A stretch of 64,000 bases of DNA, from NCBI GenBank assembly GCA_040753015.1, contig JBFMHM010000006.1, positions 20,467 through 84,466 on the forward strand, read 5' to 3'. Shown here in pieces: positions 58,501 to 64,000 of this stretch (its first letter is position 1; every line of letters begins with the position of its first letter). The position numbers and the translations under genes were made by a program. Under the pieces are notes generated by a model that was not told the DNA's origin, ran no database searches, and worked only from the letters and a program-made list of their open reading frames with translations. This DNA comes from Candidatus Omnitrophota bacterium. GTDB lineage: Bacteria; Omnitrophota; Gorgyraeia; Gygaellales; JBFMHM01.

Positions 58501-60168
58501 ATAAAAATTGCTCAAGGCGCAAAACCCGGCGAAGGCGGCCAGCTCCCTGGACATAAGGTGAGTGAAATTATTGCGCGTACCCGTTACACAACCCCGGGTG
58601 TTACTTTAATTTCACCGCCACCGCATCATGATATTTATTCAATCGAAGATTTAGCACAATTAATTTTTGATTTAAAAAATGTAAATCCAAAGGCCCGCAT
58701 AAGCGTTAAATTAGTTTCAGAAATTGGCGTAGGAACTGTTGCTGCAGGTGTTGCCAAAGGCCATGCGGATATGATTTTAATCTCTGGAGGTGATGGCGGC
58801 ACAGGTGCTTCCCCTTTAAGTTCAATTAAACATGCTGGCCTTCCCTGGGAACTTGGAATTTCAGAAACACATCAAACGCTTGTTTTAAATGACCTGCGCA
58901 GTCGCGTTAGATTGCAAACTGATGGCCAGATGCGCACCGGTCGCGACGTTGCAATTGCTGCAATTTTAGGCGCGGAAGAATACGGATTTTGTACTGCAGC
59001 GTTAATTATAATGGGTTGCGTTATGCTTAGGCACTGCCATTTAAATAATTGTTCAGTTGGTGTTGCAACGCAAGATGAAATTTTGCAAAAACGCTTTTTA
59101 GGCAGGCCAGATTATGTGATAAATTATTTTAATTTTGTTGTGCAAGAACTGCGGGAAATTATGGCTAGCCTCGGGGTAAGAAATATCAATGAAATGATTG
59201 GTAATACTGAACTTTTAGAAGTCAATAAACAAATTATTCCTTGGAAGGCAAAAAATATTGACTACTCACGGATTCTCTATAAGCCAGAGGTTGATAAAGC
59301 TGTTGGCAAATATTGTATGATTAGCCAAGATCACGCAATAGATAATGTATTAGATAAAAAATTAATTGAATTTTCCAAAGATGCGTTAGAAAGTGCTGTA
59401 ACAGTTAACGCCGAATTTAAAATTAATAATACTAACCGCACAACTGGTGCGATGTTAAGCGGTGAAGTTTGCAAGCGGTTTGGTGAAGATGCGCTGCCAG
59501 AAGGTACGATTAATTTTAAATTTAAAGGAGTTGCTGGGCAAAGTTTTGGCGCATTTTTGGCTAAAGGGATTAATTTTGAGCTGGAGGGCCAGGCTAATGA
59601 TTATGTTGGAAAAGGAATTTCTGGCGGAAAGATAATAATTTATCCGGATAAAAAAACTGATTATGATTCATCTAATAATGTCATTATTGGTAACACTTGT
59701 TTTTACGGAGCAATTAAGGGGGAGGCTTATATAAAAGGAGTTGCCGGGGAAAGATTCTGTATTAGGAATTCTGGTTTACTTACAGTTGTTGAAGGTGTGG
59801 GCGATCATGGGTGTGAATATATGACAGGTGGTAGGGTAATTATCTTAGGAGAAACCGGAAGAAATTTTGGCGCTGGTATGTCGGGCGGCATTGCCTATAT
59901 ATATGACGAAGATAAAAATTTCGCAAGTAGATGTAATTTAGAAATGGTTGAATTAGATAAGCCGAATGAGCTAGATAGAGATACATTACATAATTTAATT
60001 TTTAATCATTACAAATATACAAAAAGTACAAAAGCAAAATTTATTTTAGATAATTTTAAACAAGAATTAAAAAAATTTATTAAAGTTATGCCGTTAGAAT
60101 ACAAGCGTATCCTAGAAGCAAGAGAACAAGAAGAAAAGTTAGGTTTAGGGGAACCTTCAGATGGGTGA
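55504..60168 (+). CDS. gltB: Glutamate synthase large subunit
   Basis: HDACGVGF, HSRYSTNT, EPWDGPA, FAQVTNP, QGAKPGEGGQLPG, CVMLRHCHLNNC, GDHGCEYMTGG. Confidence 0.97.
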   Translation: MIDSRKEKLSAVGPWLRREASETSSLYDGEQFGLYDRRFEHDACGVGFVCDIKGRKSHDIIQKGIEVLRRLSHRGAVGADPKTGDGAGILIQIPDEFLRKECAKLKISLPEFGNYGVGLVFLPQDDKERKFCLDAFEKIIKQEKEKLLGFREIEVDSSIIGKTAQNTQPKISQIFIEKSENVKKGLDFERKLYLIRKQVENIICASTIRQKDFFYITNISSQTLIYKGLLMPDQVDGFFPELKDESLTSSLCLVHSRYSTNTFPTWDLAQPFRYLAHNGEINTLRGNINWMQAREGLLKSIFFNKDIEKLKPVIVPGGSDSAVIDNVFELLFLSGRSLSHVMSMLIPSAWEQNKELNSELKNFYKYHVCFMEPWDGPAAIAFTDGTNIGAVLDRNGLRPCRYIVTKDDFVVMASEVGVLDIEPKNIKLSGRLNPGKMFYIDTKKGRIIGDDEIKKELSAKKPYGKWLKENLVSLDDVKGVKIKEKQLKDTLTLLKAFGYSKEDLKMIISPMVQNSQEPIGSMGNDTPLAVLSKNPQLLYSYFKQLFAQVTNPAIDPIREEIVMTLESFVGSQKNILEETDKHCHKLYVKNPILENRELEKIKKIKQKGFKAKVISILFKVDDKKDFRRRLDEICKEAELAIKDGYSFIILSDKGVASEMAALPALLAAGTIHQYLVKKALRTQIGIILETAEPREVHHFALLFGYGVDCINPYLSYDAIEYLISTQGGSAFGGKEKELDLDYKTAIKNYRKALSKGILKILSKMGISTLHSYRGAQVFEAIGIANEVIEKSFSGTPSRIGGVGFVEIEKETLLRHSEAFPKNKNLETPYLAIGGLYQWKKGGEFHLWNPETIASLQDAVRKNNYSKFKEFSNLINDQSNNPTTLRSLLKFSAKGETSPQSGGKKIIPIPLDQVEPKESIFKRFATGAMSFGSISKGAHETLALAMNKIGAKSNTGEGGEDPARFIQLPNGDSLRSAIKQVASGRFGVTTNYLVNADELQIKIAQGAKPGEGGQLPGHKVSEIIARTRYTTPGVTLISPPPHHDIYSIEDLAQLIFDLKNVNPKARISVKLVSEIGVGTVAAGVAKGHADMILISGGDGGTGASPLSSIKHAGLPWELGISETHQTLVLNDLRSRVRLQTDGQMRTGRDVAIAAILGAEEYGFCTAALIIMGCVMLRHCHLNNCSVGVATQDEILQKRFLGRPDYVINYFNFVVQELREIMASLGVRNINEMIGNTELLEVNKQIIPWKAKNIDYSRILYKPEVDKAVGKYCMISQDHAIDNVLDKKLIEFSKDALESAVTVNAEFKINNTNRTTGAMLSGEVCKRFGEDALPEGTINFKFKGVAGQSFGAFLAKGINFELEGQANDYVGKGISGGKIIIYPDKKTDYDSSNNVIIGNTCFYGAIKGEAYIKGVAGERFCIRNSGLLTVVEGVGDHGCEYMTGGRVIILGETGRNFGAGMSGGIAYIYDEDKNFASRCNLEMVELDKPNELDRDTLHNLIFNHYKYTKSTKAKFILDNFKQELKKFIKVMPLEYKRILEAREQEEKLGLGEPSDG
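55530..55593. repeat. Composite/nested family A element in gltB propeptide region
   Basis: TCCGCCGTAGGC [CCGTGGCTTCGCCGCGAGGCGA] GCGAGACCTCGTCACTGTATGACGGGG. Confidence 0.7.
57671..57705. repeat. Family A element (reverse orientation) in frame in gltB
   Basis: Reverse complement TTTTCCGCCAAAGGCGGATCCGCCCTGGGTGGAGA; encodes STQGGSAFGGK. Confidence 0.82.
58171..58213. repeat. Family A element in frame in gltB
   Basis: TTTTCCGCCAAAGGCGAGACCTCGCCGCAAAGCGGCGGGAAAA; encodes FSAKGETSPQSGGK. Confidence 0.85.
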
Positions 60169-60172
60169 AAGG

Positions 60173-60230
60173 AATTCAAAAATCTCTGCCAAAGGCAGAT
60201 CCGCCTTAGGCGGAAAAAATCAAAAATCTA
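60173..60230. repeat. Intergenic family A element embedded in AAATCAA heptamers
   Basis: AATTCAA AAATC [TCTGCCAAAGGCAGATCCGCCTTAGGCGGA] AAAAATCAA AAATCTA. Confidence 0.8.
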
Positions 60231-60242
60231 GAATAAAATAAT

Positions 60243-63283
<3,041 letters not shown>

Positions 63284-63324
63284 AAGATACAAATATAATA
63301 TTATCAACAACTTACATTCTTTTC

Positions 63325-63417
63325 TGTAAGCGTTTGGCGGATGTAACCGTCCGCCACTAAACACTGGCGAGACGCATCTTCATCTCGCCGAAAATCAGGC
63401 GGATGAAAGCGCTTACA
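63325..63417. other. GC-rich multibranched intergenic structure (MITE-like element or ncRNA)
   Basis: Outer TGTAAGCG/CGCTTACA stem enclosing GGCGGATG-TAAC-CGTCCGCC and GGCGAGA...TCTCGCC hairpins. Confidence 0.55.
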
Positions 63418-63472
63418 TTTTTCGCCCCAAAACCCTTGAAATTGGCCTATCTATAGTGCATACTTATTATAT

Positions 63473-64000
63473 ATGATGAAACGTATATTTATCTTATTAT
63501 TGGTAGGGATTTTTTGTTTTAACCACTTATGTTATGGTTTTCAAAACATAAGTACCCCAATGGCGCAAGCCTTTTCGGGGCCTACACTATTAGGCCTTGA
63601 TTTAAATGGTAGAGACGCACTGCAGTGCGTCTCTACAGGTATCCAATTCAACCTAAACATCCCCAAAGGCACTATATTGTCTTTAGGTCAACGTAAAGAT
63701 CTACAAACCAACATAAACTACTTCCTAACAGCTCTAACAGTAGACGACTCTGAATTCTGGGTTAACCTAAACCCCAACCAGCCTAACAGGCTCACAGGAA
63801 CTAATCTAGCCTACACAGACTTAGGTAAGCATCTATTATTACTAGACCTAAAACTTAAGAAAGACACAGCCTTTAGCCTATTTCCCGGACTCTCTACAGG
63901 AGCAACAGAGTATTGGACTAGAGTGTTTGCTAAAGCTAAAGCTTTAGCAAAATCAAATATCAAATATCAAAAATCAAATATACAAACTAAAAATCAAAAA
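63473..64000 (+). CDS. Secreted hypothetical protein, 3' truncated (not in ORF track); resembles the N-terminus of large Omnitrophota proteins
   Basis: Open frame MMKRIFILLLVGIFCFNHLCYG...YFLTALTVDDSEFWVNLNPNQPNRL...TDLGKHLLLLDLKLKKDTA...EYWTRVF to window end; signal peptide; upstream TTGAAA-N17-CATACT. Confidence 0.7.
   Translation, partial: MMKRIFILLLVGIFCFNHLCYGFQNISTPMAQAFSGPTLLGLDLNGRDALQCVSTGIQFNLNIPKGTILSLGQRKDLQTNINYFLTALTVDDSEFWVNLNPNQPNRLTGTNLAYTDLGKHLLLLDLKLKKDTAFSLFPGLSTGATEYWTRVFAKAKALAKSNIKYQKSNIQTKNQK
63609..63636. repeat. Family B perfect palindrome (GTAG REP-like) in frame in last ORF
   Basis: GTAGAGACGCACTGCAGTGCGTCTCTAC, 28-bp perfect palindrome. Confidence 0.87.
63949..64000 (+). 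repeat. A-rich heptamer tandem repeats inside last ORF
   Basis: AAATCAA ATATCAA ATATCAA AAATCAA ATATACAAACTA AAAATCAA. Confidence 0.75.

Overview
AT-rich bacterial chromosomal segment, almost entirely + strand and gene-dense, from an anaerobic diderm. The partial last ORF resembles, from memory only, the N-terminus of large secreted proteins of Ca. Omnitrophota. There are three housekeeping superclusters. (1) 1-12.8 kb: oxidative stress and iron/metal homeostasis (VIT1, Tpx-PCD fusion, PfpI, half-ferritin, CDF, FprA, rubredoxin, DpsL, Grx/TrxR, split FeoB, DtxR-FeoA). (2) 15-41.5 kb: sulfur assimilation and sulfur-containing cofactors (cysH, siroheme genes, small sulfite reductase, Rrf2, met, thi, isc, bio, mnmA, nadA), with a shared Rrf2-type operator and a BirA operator. 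(3) 43.9-63.3 kb: nitrogen assimilation (amtB-glnK, GSIII, gltBD, a second glutamate-synthase-like gene, nadE, pyrG). Two things stand out. First, an apparently self-contained nitrogen regulatory cascade with no sigma54 or NtrBC gene in the window: a GAF-ANTAR protein, five leaders with ANTAR-type hexaloop hairpins (four overlapping terminators), an alternative sigma factor, an exactly spaced GTTACCA-N14-TTACTT motif before three operons, and a stand-alone Fis/NtrC-type HTH protein with three TGC-N11-GC(A/G) boxes. Second, families of short GC-rich palindromic elements and A-rich heptamer repeats inserted in frame inside conserved enzymes (BirA, MnmA, NadE, GltB x3, GltD x2), adding foreign peptides. 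No rRNA, tRNA, CRISPR or transposase gene was seen. All calls come from manual motif recognition; no searches were run.
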